NCBI GenBank assembly: GCA_040902205.1
Contig: JBBDXR010000034.1
Coordinates: 2,859 to 66,858, forward strand
Direction: 5' to 3'
Source of the DNA: Anaerolineales bacterium
Lineage (GTDB): Bacteria; Chloroflexota; Anaerolineae; Anaerolineales; UBA11579
Length of the DNA stretch: 64,000 nt
Of the stretch, positions 61,984 through 64,000 are shown piece after piece. Numbering within the stretch: position 1 is the first letter of the stretch; each line of letters starts with the position of its first letter. The notes beneath the pieces are model-generated. The model saw only the letters and a program-made list of their open reading frames with translations, was not told where the DNA came from and did no database searches. The position numbers were made by a program, and so were the translations under genes.

Positions 61984-63771
61984 TTATTCTGCTTTCCTCT
62001 TCAGCAATATCGCAGTCAAGTCATCGTTAGGTACTCCGCCGGAGAAGGCGGCTATTTCTTCCTGGATCGTATTCAGGATGACGCTCGGATCCTCGTGGAT
62101 TAACTTCTTGAGCGCGGCCTGTATGCGGCGTTCCTCAAATAACCTTCCGGAAGAGTCCATGGCCTCGCTCATGCCATCGGTGTAGAACAGCACCAAATCC
62201 CCAGGGCCGAGTTCTACAACTTTCTGCTCGAGCCGGATGCCATGAACGACGCCAAGCGCAATCCCGTCCGCCCGCAACCGGGCGATACGCTTCTTGCCAG
62301 GACGCAACAATAGAGGCCTGGGGTGGCCGGCGTTCACGTAGGTGAGGGTTGCCTGTTTCGGATCCAGCAACCCGTAGAATAGCGTTACAAACCACTCGCT
62401 AAAGGAATCTGCAAGAATTAGGTCGTTCACCCGCTGGATGGCTTCAGCCGGCGGCCGGCCATCCATGCAGAAGGTTCGCACCAGGGTGCGACAAAAAGCC
62501 ATAAACACGGCTGCCGGCACGCCTTTGCCGGCTACATCGGCAATGATGAATCCCCAACGCTCTCCGGGCACGGGGAAACAATCGTAGAAATCCCCGCTCA
62601 CTCCTTTGGCCGCGCTCCATCGCGCGGCTACATCCCAACCGGCGATCTTGGGCAGTCTGCGTGGAAGCAAGCTGGATTGGATGGTGTGGGCAACGCGAAT
62701 CTCACTTTCAAGGCTTTCCTTTTCGCGTACTTGAGCATAGAGTTGCTGCAATTCGCCGTATTGCTGGGCATTGGCAACCGCCACAGCCGCCTGGCTGGCA
62801 AACAGCGTCAGCAGCCTCAGATCGTCCTGGTTGAACGCGGGGTCATTTTTCCTGCGGGAGAGGGCGATGACGCCCAGAATCCTTTCGCCATGCTCCACAG
62901 GGATAGCGATGGCCTGCCGGATCAAACCTAGCGGGGTATTGGTGGCCCGATTTTCCCAGGCATCGTAATCATTAATGATCATAGCCTTGCGGGTGGAGAA
63001 CACGGTGCCCGAGAGTCCTTCTCCCGGCTTCATGTTCACGGTGCGCAGGGCGGGGGGCAGGTGCCCGGGGACGGCTGGCACCAACACCTGACGCTGCTTG
63101 TCGAAGGTATAGAACTGGCCGTAAAAACCGTGCACAAGGTTCTCGGCGCGTTGGATCATGCGCTCCAGCACCACGGGAATATCCAGTTGCCGCGTGATCT
63201 CCAATGAGGTTTCGTAGAGGCTGGAAAGTTCCTGGGCGGCGCGCTTGGCCTCCTCGTACAACTGCGCATTCGAGATGGCAATGGCGGCCTGGCTGGCAAA
63301 GAGCTGCAGTTTTTCCAGATCCTCTTCGCTGAAAGGCGGCTCCTTTGGCTTGCGCTCGGCGAAGATTACGCCAAGGAATTCATCGCCTTTCTGCACCGGA
63401 GCTTGGACCACCGCGCCGACGATGCCTCTGGGCTGTTTTGGGTTGCGCCCGGGCCATTGATCATAGTCATCCACTTTCATCGGCATGCGCGTCTGCATGA
63501 CGCGCCCGGCCATTCCCTCGCCGGGTTTCACGACATAAAGCGCTTCTTCAGGCTGCCGAATATGGATAACAGGATCCAGTTCCCCGCGTTGGACATCGTA
63601 GAGGTAAATGCCCCCTGAATCGGCGTCCAGGAACTCCACGACGCCGCTGGCCATGGATTCCAGCAACGGCTTGAGCTCAAGCTGGCTTAGGAGCTTGTTG
63701 CTGAATTCCTGTAATTGGCGGAATGTGGACTGCCGGCGAAGGTCATCTGCAGTCGGTATTTGGCCGTCCAT
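61984..63771 (-). CDS. GAF-GAF-PP2C (SpoIIE/RsbU-type) phosphatase
   Basis: 595 aa with two GAF-like segments and then a PP2C region (SGDFYD, IADVAGKGVPAA, YTDG). Confidence 0.9.
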   Translation of the reverse strand: MDGQIPTADDLRRQSTFRQLQEFSNKLLSQLELKPLLESMASGVVEFLDADSGGIYLYDVQRGELDPVIHIRQPEEALYVVKPGEGMAGRVMQTRMPMKVDDYDQWPGRNPKQPRGIVGAVVQAPVQKGDEFLGVIFAERKPKEPPFSEEDLEKLQLFASQAAIAISNAQLYEEAKRAAQELSSLYETSLEITRQLDIPVVLERMIQRAENLVHGFYGQFYTFDKQRQVLVPAVPGHLPPALRTVNMKPGEGLSGTVFSTRKAMIINDYDAWENRATNTPLGLIRQAIAIPVEHGERILGVIALSRRKNDPAFNQDDLRLLTLFASQAAVAVANAQQYGELQQLYAQVREKESLESEIRVAHTIQSSLLPRRLPKIAGWDVAARWSAAKGVSGDFYDCFPVPGERWGFIIADVAGKGVPAAVFMAFCRTLVRTFCMDGRPPAEAIQRVNDLILADSFSEWFVTLFYGLLDPKQATLTYVNAGHPRPLLLRPGKKRIARLRADGIALGVVHGIRLEQKVVELGPGDLVLFYTDGMSEAMDSSGRLFEERRIQAALKKLIHEDPSVILNTIQEEIAAFSGGVPNDDLTAILLKRKAE

Positions 63772-63821
63772 GACCTCCTCCTTTTTCTGGCCATATTGTA
63801 ATTCACTGATTAAGCGACGGC

Positions 63822-64000
63822 CTATTGCCTAGCAAACAATTCGTTTAGCCGCTTGATCTGGTTTTGGGTCAGGCGGCTTTTTTCATCGGCCTTCAGCAAC
63901 ACGTGCTTGAGCTTCTTTATCGACGCGGTTGGGATCGGCGCGTCGCCTGCCTGAACTTCGGCGGCCTCGTCCATGAAAACCAGCGCCGCCTGGACGTGCA
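63822..64000 (-). CDS. 3' end of an unidentified gene (5' end outside window)
   Basis: Hand translation gives ...KKLKHVLLKADEKSRLTQNQIKRLNELFARQ* ending at TAG 63822-63824. No family recognised. Confidence 0.35.
   Translation of the reverse strand, partial: HVQAALVFMDEAAEVQAGDAPIPTASIKKLKHVLLKADEKSRLTQNQIKRLNELFARQ

Overview
GC-rich bacterial chromosomal segment. The gene content (LDH-type mdh, type-2 IPP isomerase, a GT-C/TIGR03663-like giant membrane protein, a DUF2089/DUF4097/SHOCT-like operon, a sigma-less partner-switching module) suggests a Chloroflexota-like organism, but that is inference only. I call about 75 protein genes, mostly housekeeping: hisS plus tRNA-His, xth, murA, ftsZ, trxB, mdh-gltA, sucCD, acpP, fni plus a polyprenyl synthase, scpB-rluB, rsmD, ino1 and an M32 carboxypeptidase. 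I saw no rRNA, no CRISPR array and no transposase or integrase. The most unusual region is 43.2-48.5 kb. It holds two copies (one intact, one decayed) of a ~450-bp unit made of a small GIY-YIG nuclease gene inside nested inverted repeats, each wedged exactly between a stop codon and the next start codon. It also holds solo relatives of the same repeat family. The uxs-[GIY-YIG]-gtrA block is bracketed by short relic copies of the uxs 5' end and the gtrA 3' end that differ from the functional copies almost only at synonymous sites. Other points worth a second look:
- a four-gene DUF2089/DUF4097 operon in which every product carries the same ~25-aa SHOCT-like helix, with a canonical promoter, an operator-like palindrome and a possible leader ORF
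- an ftsZ operon flanked only by uncharacterised genes
- an SPFH protein fused to an excisionase-type HTH
- a tight UbiA/methyltransferase/DUF1684/FAD-oxidoreductase operon
- a repeated CTTGWCAAG palindrome around a wHTH regulator
- three single-base homopolymer deletions that break ORFs and may be assembly errors
All coordinates, alignments and difference counts were done by eye. No database searches were run.
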